From an uncultured Staphylococcaceae bacterium (GTDB taxonomy: Bacteria; Bacillota_I; Bacilli_A; ML615J-28; CAG-313): a stretch of 64,000 bases of DNA. Positions within the stretch are counted from its first letter, which is position 1. Each line of letters opens with the position of its first letter. The notes beneath the pieces are model-generated. The model was not told the origin of the DNA. It did not search any database and saw only the letters and a list, made by a program, of their open reading frames with translations. Of the stretch, positions 41,628 through 50,447 are shown in pieces. Location of the stretch: NCBI GenBank assembly GCA_964541525.1, contig CAZIQF010000007.1:11533-75532 (forward strand). Reading direction: 5' to 3'. The position numbers and the translations under genes were made by a program.

Positions 41628-42209
41628 ATGAATAATGCAAGAACAAGAAGAATGCTAAGAGAACGAAAAAAGCATAAAAAGAAACGATATAAATTAATTG
41701 ATCGACTTTTTTATCAAATTTTTTTTAGTTCACTTTGTTTATTGATTTTATCATATGCAGCAACGATTAATTTATCTCTACACCAAGAGATTACATCAAA
41801 CTTTAACTTTTTAAAATTAACTAAAACAATTGATAATCTTTTTGCCACTAATATTTTCAATCAAGGTGAAGTGTGTGTTTATTCACAAACTTTTTATGAA
41901 AGTGTAGAATTTAGAAATGACATTAATTACATCAGCAACAGCAGTTTTTCGGGAGTTGAAACATTAGTAGATGGTTTAGTTATTAATATCAAGAAAGAAA
42001 ACAATTTATATAATGTAACTATTCAAGCTAGCGATGACACAATTTATTGTTATCAAGGATTAGAACAAATTGATGTTAGAATTTATCAATACGTTAACGC
42101 AAAAGATGTAATCGGCAAAAGTTGTTACATCAGTGATCACTATGAATTTAAGTTATTAATCATTAAAGATGGTAAGTATTTAGATTATTATGAAAATGCC
42201 GAAGATTAG
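41628..42209 (+). CDS. spoIVFA: SpoIVFA-like membrane protein with degenerate M23/LytM domain
   Basis: Basic N-terminus, one TM, M23-like DGLVINI...VTIQ...YQGLEQIDV...DVIG lacking metal ligands; radC...spoIVFB...rplU synteny. Confidence 0.65.
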   Translation: MNNARTRRMLRERKKHKKKRYKLIDRLFYQIFFSSLCLLILSYAATINLSLHQEITSNFNFLKLTKTIDNLFATNIFNQGEVCVYSQTFYESVEFRNDINYISNSSFSGVETLVDGLVINIKKENNLYNVTIQASDDTIYCYQGLEQIDVRIYQYVNAKDVIGKSCYISDHYEFKLLIIKDGKYLDYYENAED

Positions 42210-42792
42210 AGTTCACTATTCAATTTTCTTTTTGGTTTTAATTAGTTTATTTACAGATAATTTATTTAAAATTCTTGTAATTCTTTTATGTATTATTATC
42301 CATGAATTTGCCCATTTCATCGCTTTATCCTATTATAAAAAACAACTGGTTAGTATTGAAATATCGTTAATCGGGGGCATGATGAATGCTGATAAAGAAG
42401 GCTTATCACTAAAAGCCAAATTAATTGTTAATCTATCAGGGGTTTTTGCCAATTTATTAATTATAATTGGTTTACAAATCTTTAATTTTAATCAACCATT
42501 TTTAATTAGTTATAACTTGCTTATGATTATTTTTAACTTAATTCCGATTATTCCCCTAGATGGATATCAAGTTTTAAATGATATTTTATTAAGTGTTTAT
42601 GAAGAAGAATTTACCTTTGTTATTATTAAATCCATTGATATTATCTGTTTAATTATTTTAGGTATTATTTTGCTGTGGCTAAAAATTTATGGTTTATTCT
42701 TTATTTGGTTATTTCTTATATACAAATTGTATATGTATAATTTAGATGACAAAAAATTAAAAAAATACTTTTTACTTTATCGTAATACTTAA
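42190..42792 (+). CDS. spoIVFB: M50 intramembrane metalloprotease, SpoIVFB-like, no CBS domain
   Basis: IHEFAH (HExxH) and FNLIPIIPLDG (NxxPxxxxDG); overlaps spoIVFA-like gene. Confidence 0.75.
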   Translation: MKMPKIRVHYSIFFLVLISLFTDNLFKILVILLCIIIHEFAHFIALSYYKKQLVSIEISLIGGMMNADKEGLSLKAKLIVNLSGVFANLLIIIGLQIFNFNQPFLISYNLLMIIFNLIPIIPLDGYQVLNDILLSVYEEEFTFVIIKSIDIICLIILGIILLWLKIYGLFFIWLFLIYKLYMYNLDDKKLKKYFLLYRNT

Positions 42793-42864
42793 TTTTATTA
42801 TCATATTTCATTATATTATTAAAAAAAATTGTTATAATATCAATATAAAAACAAGAGGTATCCA

Positions 42865-43839
42865 ATGAAAAATAAAAAATATTTTATCTTATTATCCATA
42901 TTTGTCATCGCCTTAATTGGTATTATCATCGGTATTGTTTTAAAAAATAATCAAGAAGAAGAAAATCAACCCGAACATAGTGAAGAATACTTAGCTACAG
43001 AAAAAATTTTTAATTTCTCTTTATCGGAAGATGGATCTTATTATATCATCAATGGTCTAAAATCAGCTTATCAAAATGAACATACACTTACAATTCCAAA
43101 TACGATTGATAATATTCCTGTTAAAAAATTAGTTGATAATATTTATGGTAACTTTGATAGCTTTAAGAAGATTAATGTAATAATAATTCCAGCAAATATT
43201 GAATATATAGGTACTAAAAGCAATGATTTAGGAATTTTAAATCACGGAACCTATGGTGATTCATTCTTAACAGCCCACAATAGCCAAACGATTGCAATAA
43301 ATGTTGATCCTAATAATAAAGTATATGCATCAGTTGATGGAGTATTATTCAGTAAAGATTTATCAGTTTTAATTCGCTATCCTAATAACAAATATCAAGA
43401 AGGTGGAAGATTAAATTATAATGTTCCAGATACGGTTGAAGAAGTTTATGCTAAGGCTTTTTATTGTAACACTAAACTAACTAGTATTACCTTATCTAAT
43501 ATCGTAAAAAAAATTGGATCGGAAGCTTTTTATGAATGTGAAAACTTAAACCAAATTGATTTTAATCAAAATCTAGAAATTATTGAAAGTGATGCTTTTA
43601 GAGGATGTAATTTACAACGAATTATTTTACCAACAAGCATCACAACAATTAAAAGTCGTGCTTTTGCTTACAATGCACAGTTAGTTGAAATTTTTATCGA
43701 TGTTAACGTTAAAGAATTTGGTGGTAATATTTTTACTAGTTGTAATGAAGCACTTACAATTTATACTCCCGAAACTAATGTTAATCAATTAAAAACTCAT
43801 GAGAATTTAATTAATTATAAAATTGAACCAGCTAAATAA
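42865..43839 (+). CDS. Membrane-anchored BspA-type leucine-rich repeat surface protein
   Basis: N-terminal TM; repeats such as LTSITLSNIVKKIGSEAFYEC and LQRIILPTSITTIKSRAF. Confidence 0.85.
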   Translation: MKNKKYFILLSIFVIALIGIIIGIVLKNNQEEENQPEHSEEYLATEKIFNFSLSEDGSYYIINGLKSAYQNEHTLTIPNTIDNIPVKKLVDNIYGNFDSFKKINVIIIPANIEYIGTKSNDLGILNHGTYGDSFLTAHNSQTIAINVDPNNKVYASVDGVLFSKDLSVLIRYPNNKYQEGGRLNYNVPDTVEEVYAKAFYCNTKLTSITLSNIVKKIGSEAFYECENLNQIDFNQNLEIIESDAFRGCNLQRIILPTSITTIKSRAFAYNAQLVEIFIDVNVKEFGGNIFTSCNEALTIYTPETNVNQLKTHENLINYKIEPAK

Positions 43840-43840
43840 C

Positions 43841-43875
43841 AAAAGAATGATTTATGCAAGTAGATCATTCTTTTT
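43841..43875 (+). terminator. Terminator after LRR gene
   Basis: AAAAGAATGAT...ATCATTCTTTT inverted repeat. Confidence 0.75.
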
Positions 43876-43895
43876 AAATCTTCAAAACAATTTAA

Positions 43896-43924
43896 TTGTA
43901 TAAAAGTTAAAAATATGCTATAAT
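43896..43924 (+). promoter_or_regulatory. sigmaA promoter of ppdK
   Basis: TTGTAT-17-TATAAT with TG extension. Confidence 0.7.
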
Positions 43925-43965
43925 ATGTCCGTAAAGTTATACAACAATAAAAAAAGGAGAAAAAT

Positions 43966-46590
43966 ATGAGTAAATTTGTTTATTTATTCGCTGAAGGTAA
44001 CGCTTCAATGCGTAATCTTTTAGGTGGTAAAGGTGCTAATCTTGCTGAAATGACAAGTTTAGGTTTACCTGTTCCTCATGGTTTTACTGTTACAACTGAA
44101 GCTTGTACAAAATACTATGATGATGGTAAAACTTTATCACAAGAAGTTATTGATCAAATCTTTGCTGCTTTAAAAGTTGTAGAAGAACAACAAGGTAAAA
44201 AATTTGGTGATAACGCTAATCCATTATTAGTATCAGTAAGAAGTGGAGCTCGTGCTTCAATGCCAGGGATGATGGATACAATCTTAAATTTAGGTTTAAA
44301 TGATGTATCTGTTGAAGGTTTAGCTAACCTTACTAGTAATCCTCGTTTTGCTTACGATTCATATCGTCGTTTTATTCAAATGTTTGCTGATGTAGTTATG
44401 GAAATTGACAAAGCTAACTTTGAAGCATTAATGGATGCAATGAAAGAAGCAAAAGGAGTAAAATTAGACACTGAATTAGATGCTGATGATTTAAAAAAAT
44501 TAGTTGGCCAATTTAAAGTTCGTTATGCAGAATTAAAAGGTGAACCTTTCCCACAAGAACCTAATGTTCAATTAATTGAAGCAGTTAAAGCTGTTTTTAG
44601 ATCATGGGATAATCCTCGTGCAAACGTTTATCGTCGTTTAAATGGTATTCCTTATTCTTGGGGAACTGCCGTAAATGTACAATCAATGGTATTTGGTAAT
44701 ATGGGTCCTACATCAGGTACTGGTGTTGCATTCTCAAGAAACCCTGCTACTGGTGAAAATGTTTTATATGGTGAATATTTATTTAATGCTCAAGGTGAAG
44801 ATGTTGTTGCAGGTATTCGTACTCCACAACCTATTGCTCACTTAAGAGAAGACAATCCACAAGTCTATGAACAATTTAAAGAAGTTGCATTAAAGCTTGA
44901 AAAGCATTACCGCGATATGCAAGATATGGAATTTACAATTGAAAATGGTAAATTATTTATGCTTCAAACTCGTAATGGTAAGAGAACTGCTCAAGCTGCA
45001 TTAAAGATCGCTATTGATTTACAAAAAGAAGGCTTAATTACTGAACAAGAAGCTGTATTAATGGTAGAACCTAAATCACTAGATACTTTATTACATAAAG
45101 GTTTTGACCCAGCTGCATTAAAAGCTGCTAAACCGATTACAAAAGGCTTAAATGCATCTCCTGGTGCTGCTTCAGGTCAAGTAGTATTTACTGCTGAAGC
45201 TGCTAAAGAATGGAATGAAAATGGTAAAAAAGTTGTTCTAGTAAGAATGGAAACTTCTCCAGAAGATATCGAAGGTATGATTGCTTCTCAAGGTATTTTA
45301 ACTGGCCGTGGTGGTATGACAAGCCATGCAGCAGTTGTTGCTCGTGGTATGGGTACTCCATGTGTTGCTGGTGCTGGTGAAATCAAAGTTAACGAAGAAG
45401 AAAAATACTTTGAAGTTAATGGCACTAGATACTGTGAAGGTGATTGGATCTCATTTGATGGTTCAACTGGTTATGTTTATGGTGAAGCGATTGCTACAGT
45501 TGATGCTGCTATTTCAGGTGATTTCAAAACATTAATGGATTGGGCTGACAAATATCGTGCATTAAAAGTTAGAACTAATGCTGATAATCCTCGTGATGCT
45601 AAAGTTGCAAATGACTTTGGTGCTGAAGGTGTAGGTCTTTGCCGTACTGAACATATGTTCTTTGAAGGTAATCGTATCATGGCTATCCGTGAAATGATTA
45701 TTGCTGACAATGTTGAAGATCGTAAAAAAGCTCTTGCAAAATTATTACCAATGCAAAGAGAAGACTTCATTGGCATTTACAAAGCTATGGAAGGTAAGAA
45801 TGTTACTGTTCGTTACTTAGATCCACCTCTACATGAATTTGTTCCTCATACTGAAGAAGAAATGAAAGAATTAGCTGAACAAATGGGTGTTTCATTTGAA
45901 AAAGTTAAATCAATTGTTGAAGGCTTACATGAATTTAACCCAATGTTAGGACATCGTGGTTGTCGTTTATCAATTACATACCCAGAAATTGCTGAAATGC
46001 AAACAAGAGCTGTTATTGAAGCTGCAATCGCTGTTAACAAAGAAGGTTACAATGTAACACCTGAAATTATGATCCCACTTGTTGGTGATGTAAAAGAATT
46101 AAAATATGTTCATGAAGTAGTTAAAGCTACAGCTGATCAAGTTATCAAAGAAGCTGGTGTAGCACTTGAATATAAATTTGGTACAATGATTGAAGTTCCT
46201 CGTGGTGCTTTAACAGCTGGTGAAATTGCTGAAGTTGCTGAATTCTTTAGTTTTGGTACAAATGACTTAACTCAAATGACATTTGGTTTCAGTCGTGATG
46301 ATGCTGGTAAATTCTTAGAAGATTACTACACTAAAAAAGTATTTGAAAGCGATCCATTCGCTCACTTAGATCAAAATGGTGTTGGAAAATTAGTTGAAAT
46401 GGCAGTTAAAGCTGGTCATGAAACTAGAGCAGATATTCATTGTGGTATTTGTGGTGAACATGGTGGTGACCCTGAATCAATTGAATTCTGTCATCGTGCA
46501 GGTTTAGATTATGTTTCTTGTTCTCCATATCGTGTACCAATTGCTCGCTTAGCAGCTGCTCACGCTAATATCAAATTCCCAAGAAAATAA
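43966..46590 (+). CDS. ppdK: Pyruvate, phosphate dikinase
   Basis: LGGKGANLAEM, GGMTSHAAVVAR (phospho-His), GLCRTEHMF, FSFGTNDLTQ, GICGEHGG. Confidence 0.98.
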   Translation: MSKFVYLFAEGNASMRNLLGGKGANLAEMTSLGLPVPHGFTVTTEACTKYYDDGKTLSQEVIDQIFAALKVVEEQQGKKFGDNANPLLVSVRSGARASMPGMMDTILNLGLNDVSVEGLANLTSNPRFAYDSYRRFIQMFADVVMEIDKANFEALMDAMKEAKGVKLDTELDADDLKKLVGQFKVRYAELKGEPFPQEPNVQLIEAVKAVFRSWDNPRANVYRRLNGIPYSWGTAVNVQSMVFGNMGPTSGTGVAFSRNPATGENVLYGEYLFNAQGEDVVAGIRTPQPIAHLREDNPQVYEQFKEVALKLEKHYRDMQDMEFTIENGKLFMLQTRNGKRTAQAALKIAIDLQKEGLITEQEAVLMVEPKSLDTLLHKGFDPAALKAAKPITKGLNASPGAASGQVVFTAEAAKEWNENGKKVVLVRMETSPEDIEGMIASQGILTGRGGMTSHAAVVARGMGTPCVAGAGEIKVNEEEKYFEVNGTRYCEGDWISFDGSTGYVYGEAIATVDAAISGDFKTLMDWADKYRALKVRTNADNPRDAKVANDFGAEGVGLCRTEHMFFEGNRIMAIREMIIADNVEDRKKALAKLLPMQREDFIGIYKAMEGKNVTVRYLDPPLHEFVPHTEEEMKELAEQMGVSFEKVKSIVEGLHEFNPMLGHRGCRLSITYPEIAEMQTRAVIEAAIAVNKEGYNVTPEIMIPLVGDVKELKYVHEVVKATADQVIKEAGVALEYKFGTMIEVPRGALTAGEIAEVAEFFSFGTNDLTQMTFGFSRDDAGKFLEDYYTKKVFESDPFAHLDQNGVGKLVEMAVKAGHETRADIHCGICGEHGGDPESIEFCHRAGLDYVSCSPYRVPIARLAAAHANIKFPRK

Positions 46591-46600
46591 TTAAATAGTT

Positions 46601-46630
46601 AGGGTTCACATTAATGTGAACTCTTTTTTT
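46601..46630 (+). terminator. Terminator after ppdK
   Basis: AGGGTTCACAT..ATGTGAACTCT plus T-tract. Confidence 0.8.
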
Positions 46631-46692
46631 CATATCAGTAGCAAATTTTATAATCTTGTGTTAAAATAAGATTAAGAAAATAGAGGTTTGAA

Positions 46693-47787
46693 ATGCGAAA
46701 AAAAAGAAAACAAATTAAGTATTCACATTATGGTATTGCTGTTATTTCACTAATTGTATTTCTAGTAATAAGTGTTATTGCAATTTTAAAATACTATCAA
46801 GATTTAGCAGATAATATGCAAGATAATCATTATCAATCAACTGTTGATACTGATGAATTGCAAATCACTTTTTTAGAAACAGGAAACAAATATACTGGTG
46901 ATGCAATTTATATTAAAGCAGGAGATAATGATATTTTAATTGATGCCGGATCTAGAAAATCATCTGCTACTACGATCATTAATTATTTAAATGAAACAAT
47001 GGCTGATAATACTTTAGAGTATGTGATTGCGACTCATGCACATCAGGATCATATTGCAGGATTTGTTGGACTAAAAGATGAAGGCGGAATTTTTGATCAT
47101 TTTGTGTGCCAAACAATTATCGATTTTCCCCTAACAAATTCATCATCACAAATATATCAAGACTATGTAACTAAAAGAAATGAAGAAATTAGTTTAGGTG
47201 CGACTCATTATACAGCTTTAGAATGTTACAATAATCAAAACGGTGCTTCGAGAATTATTGAACTTGGTAATAATATTAAAATGGAAATCCTTTATAACTA
47301 CTACTATGATCATCAAACATCTAATGAAAATAATTATTCAGTATGCTTGCTATTAACACAGAATAATAAAAATTTTTTATTCACTGGTGATTTAGAAGCA
47401 GAAGGTGAAGCATATTTAGTTGAATATAATGAACTTCCGGAAGTAGAAGTTTATAAAGCGGCTCATCATGGATCTTATACAGCTAATAGTACAACTATTT
47501 TAGATGTAATAAAACCTAAAATTATTTGTATTTGCTGTTGCGCAGGTAGTGATGAATATACTAGTAATAATTTAAATATGTTTCCTGCTCAAGCTTTCAT
47601 CAGTCGTATTTGCAAATATACGGATCAAGTTTATGTCACATCATTAAGTACAAATGAAGGTTTTACTTCAATGAATGGTAATATTAATATTACCTCTACA
47701 ATTGATCAAACAATTGTCAATTGTTCCAATAATAATCTAATTTTAAAAGAAACAACATGGTTTAAGGAAAATAGAAAGTGGGAATAA
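46693..47787 (+). CDS. Membrane-anchored MBL-fold metallo-hydrolase (ComEC C-terminal-like)
   Basis: N-terminal TM, GDAI, LIDAG, THAHQDH, LFTGD, KAAHHGS. Confidence 0.85.
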   Translation: MRKKRKQIKYSHYGIAVISLIVFLVISVIAILKYYQDLADNMQDNHYQSTVDTDELQITFLETGNKYTGDAIYIKAGDNDILIDAGSRKSSATTIINYLNETMADNTLEYVIATHAHQDHIAGFVGLKDEGGIFDHFVCQTIIDFPLTNSSSQIYQDYVTKRNEEISLGATHYTALECYNNQNGASRIIELGNNIKMEILYNYYYDHQTSNENNYSVCLLLTQNNKNFLFTGDLEAEGEAYLVEYNELPEVEVYKAAHHGSYTANSTTILDVIKPKIICICCCAGSDEYTSNNLNMFPAQAFISRICKYTDQVYVTSLSTNEGFTSMNGNINITSTIDQTIVNCSNNNLILKETTWFKENRKWE

Positions 47788-47788
47788 A

Positions 47789-48313
47789 ATGCAAATAGAA
47801 ACAGAAGTTAAATATCTAATTGATCAACTACCGAATGATTTACCTCAACCTAACTATATCGAACAACGTTATTTTTCAATGAGCGGAAAAGAAGAAGTAT
47901 TAAAACGAATATTTGATTTAGAATCCCTTTCAGAGATTAAAACAAGTCGTATTAGAATGATAAAAACAGACCAAACAAAATATGTTTTAACACTTAAAAC
48001 TAGTGGACTATATTCGAGAAAAGAATATGAACAAGTCATTGATTATGAATTATATCAAGAATTACTACATCAACCAATTAAAACTTGTATTATTAAAAAT
48101 CGATATGTAATTAATCACAGTGGTTTTACCTTTGAATTTGATGAATATCTAAATCTTAAGCAACCACTTTATACAGTTGAAGTTGAACTTGAAAATTTAG
48201 ATCATATCAAAGAAATTGAACTTATTTTAAAAAATACATTTAAACTCAAATATCTAGATGTCACACTTAATCCAAAATATAAAAATAGTAATTTAAAAAA
48301 ATTTTTTGGTTAA
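47789..48313 (+). CDS. CYTH domain protein
   Basis: IETEVKY (ExExK), TLKT, REYE, EVEL. Confidence 0.8.
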   Translation: MQIETEVKYLIDQLPNDLPQPNYIEQRYFSMSGKEEVLKRIFDLESLSEIKTSRIRMIKTDQTKYVLTLKTSGLYSRKEYEQVIDYELYQELLHQPIKTCIIKNRYVINHSGFTFEFDEYLNLKQPLYTVEVELENLDHIKEIELILKNTFKLKYLDVTLNPKYKNSNLKKFFG

Positions 48314-48591
48314 TAAAAAGTCATTTCTCAGCGAATGAAATTTTAAAAGTTAGATCTTTGATTATTCAAACGCTCAAAATGCTTCTACAAGTGAAGTACT
48401 CAATATTCTGATTACAGAATAACTGAATACTTCACTTTTTTTATGTAGAAATCACGTTCTACTTTTAGTAGAATCTAAATTTTAACCTCGTAGAATAAAT
48501 ATATTAACTAAGAGAATATAATTATAAAGGGTAGGGTGACATTTATTTAATAGTAAGATATAATATTTGTAGCTAGGAGGCGAATTATAAT

Positions 48592-49275
48592 ATGACTTAT
48601 CAAAAACTAATTACCGAACCAATGCCTAAATATTCATTAGGTGAAGAAATTTTTAACTATGTTTCCCATATTATAGGGGGAGCGATCGGAATTTTTATTG
48701 TTATCTTTTGTTCAATTTATGGTGGAATTAATAAAATCGGTGGATTAAATATTTTATCATTAATTATTTTTGGTGTAACAACGATTTTTCTTTATACAAT
48801 GTCAAGTCTGTATCATGGACTAAAGGCAAATAGTATTTCGAAACGAATATTCCGCATCTTTGATCATTGTTCAATTTATTTATTGATAGCTGGAACATAC
48901 ACACCTATTTGTGTGATTGGTTTGAAAGGTTCTATCTATTGTCCGATTGTATTACTGATTGAATGGATTGGAGCAATCATTGGTATTACTTGTAATGCAA
49001 TAGATATGCACAATCGGTTTGTAAAAATACTTTCGATGATTCTCTATATCGTGTTAGGATGGGGAATCATAGCGATGCCTGGTGCCATCAAGTTACTTTC
49101 TAATTATCAATTCTTAATGATTTTATTAGGGGGAATTGGTTATACTATTGGTGTAGTCTTTTTTAGTTTAGGATCAAAAAAGAAGTGGTTTCATTCTATT
49201 TTTCATATTTTTTGTTGTATCGGTACCATTCTACAAATGTTTGGAATCCTAGATATTATGTTTAACATTAAATAG
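48592..49275 (+). CDS. Hemolysin III / PAQR family membrane protein
   Basis: EEIFNYVSH, SSLYH, DHCSIYLLIAGTYTP, HSIFH. Confidence 0.9.
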   Translation: MTYQKLITEPMPKYSLGEEIFNYVSHIIGGAIGIFIVIFCSIYGGINKIGGLNILSLIIFGVTTIFLYTMSSLYHGLKANSISKRIFRIFDHCSIYLLIAGTYTPICVIGLKGSIYCPIVLLIEWIGAIIGITCNAIDMHNRFVKILSMILYIVLGWGIIAMPGAIKLLSNYQFLMILLGGIGYTIGVVFFSLGSKKKWFHSIFHIFCCIGTILQMFGILDIMFNIK

Positions 49276-49288
49276 TAAAACTATTTAT

Positions 49289-49317
49289 TTGCAAAAAAAA
49301 TTAAAATAGTGTATAAT
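49289..49317 (+). promoter_or_regulatory. sigmaA promoter of rplU-prp-rpmA
   Basis: TTGCAA-17-TATAAT. Confidence 0.75.
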
Positions 49318-49321
49318 ATAT

Positions 49322-49405
49322 TCGTTGCATAATCTAAAAAGGTAAGCAACCGCACAGAATGAGTCTACAAGCATAATTTATATTATCACTCTTATGGCGT
49401 GTCTT
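49322..49405 (+). ncRNA. Candidate L21 ribosomal leader
   Basis: ~105-nt leader containing ACCGCAC...TCAC...TGGCGTGTCT, resembling L21_leader elements as recalled; not verified with a covariance model. Confidence 0.4.
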
Positions 49406-49430
49406 AATTTTAATGAGGAGGTGCTTTTAG

Positions 49431-49730
49431 ATGTACGCAATTTTTGTAGTAGGCGGTAAACAATATCGTGCTCAAGAAGGTGATGTACTTTACGTTGAAA
49501 AACTAGAAGGTGAAGCAGGAAGCGAAGTTGTTTTTGACCAAGTTCTATTAGTTGGTGACAAAATCGGTCAACCATATGTAGAAGGAGCAAAAGTAACTGG
49601 CACGATTGAAAAGCAAGGACTAGGAAAAAAGATCGTTGTTTTCAAATACAAATCTAAGAAAAATGAACGTAAAAAACAAGGTCATCGTCAAGCTTATACT
49701 AAAGTTACAGTAAAAAGTATTGTTGCTTAG
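49431..49730 (+). CDS. rplU: 50S ribosomal protein L21
   Basis: [19 protein letters not shown]. Confidence 0.97.
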   Translation: MYAIFVVGGKQYRAQEGDVLYVEKLEGEAGSEVVFDQVLLVGDKIGQPYVEGAKVTGTIEKQGLGKKIVVFKYKSKKNERKKQGHRQAYTKVTVKSIVA

Positions 49731-49745
49731 TAATAGAGGTTTCTA

Positions 49746-50078
49746 ATGACGAAAATTATCGTTAAGTACGATAAATCCTTATGTTCTTTTATTGAAATTA
49801 GTGGTCACGCTGGCTATGCTGAAAGTGGTTATGATATAGTTTGTAGTGGGATCACAATTGCGACTTATACTTCAATTAATTTGATTGATAAGATTAATCA
49901 TCACTGTTACAAATTGAATGTAAATGAAAAGTCGGGATTTCTTCATTTAGATTTGGATAATCAATTATTAGATGAACAAGAAATTAAATTCATTGATTTA
50001 ATTATTACTAACTTAATTGATATGTATGAAGAAATTAAAAGAAATTATCCAAAATATTTGAAAATCGAAATTTTATAG
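49746..50078 (+). CDS. prp: Ribosomal-processing cysteine protease Prp
   Basis: SGHAGY...DIVCSG motif; lies between rplU and rpmA. Confidence 0.9.
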   Translation: MTKIIVKYDKSLCSFIEISGHAGYAESGYDIVCSGITIATYTSINLIDKINHHCYKLNVNEKSGFLHLDLDNQLLDEQEIKFIDLIITNLIDMYEEIKRNYPKYLKIEIL

Positions 50079-50087
50079 GAGGTTGCC

Positions 50088-50369
50088 ATGATTAGATTTA
50101 ATTTACAATTATTTGCATCTAAAAAAGGTGTTAGTTCTACTAAAAATGGACGTGATTCAATTGGTAGACGTTTAGGTGCTAAATTATCAGATGGTCAATT
50201 TGCTACTGCTGGTTCTATTATCTACCGTCAAAGAGGAACAAAAGTTCATCCAGGAAACAATGTTGGTATTGGTAAAGATGATACTTTATTCTGTTTAATT
50301 GATGGTATCGTTAAATACGAAGCAAAAGGTGCAGGTAAGAAGCAAGTATCAGTTTATCCAGCTGAATAA
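50088..50369 (+). CDS. rpmA: 50S ribosomal protein L27 with cleavable N-terminal extension
   Basis: [24 protein letters not shown]. Confidence 0.97.
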   Translation: MIRFNLQLFASKKGVSSTKNGRDSIGRRLGAKLSDGQFATAGSIIYRQRGTKVHPGNNVGIGKDDTLFCLIDGIVKYEAKGAGKKQVSVYPAE

Positions 50370-50396
50370 TTGATTACATTTAACATTGTAAAAATA

Positions 50397-50428
50397 AAGG
50401 CACTTAAAGATTAAGTGTCTTTTATTTT
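50397..50428 (+). terminator. Hairpin/terminator between rpmA and obg
   Basis: AAGGCACTTAA-aga-TTAAGTGTCTT then T-rich tail. Confidence 0.6.
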
Positions 50429-50447
50429 GTTAAAAAGGAGGCTAAAA

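Noticed and set aside
48458-48474. TTCTACTTTTAGTAGAA resembles the Cas12a repeat stem
   Set aside because: No regularly spaced repeat-spacer units and no cas genes; not a CRISPR array
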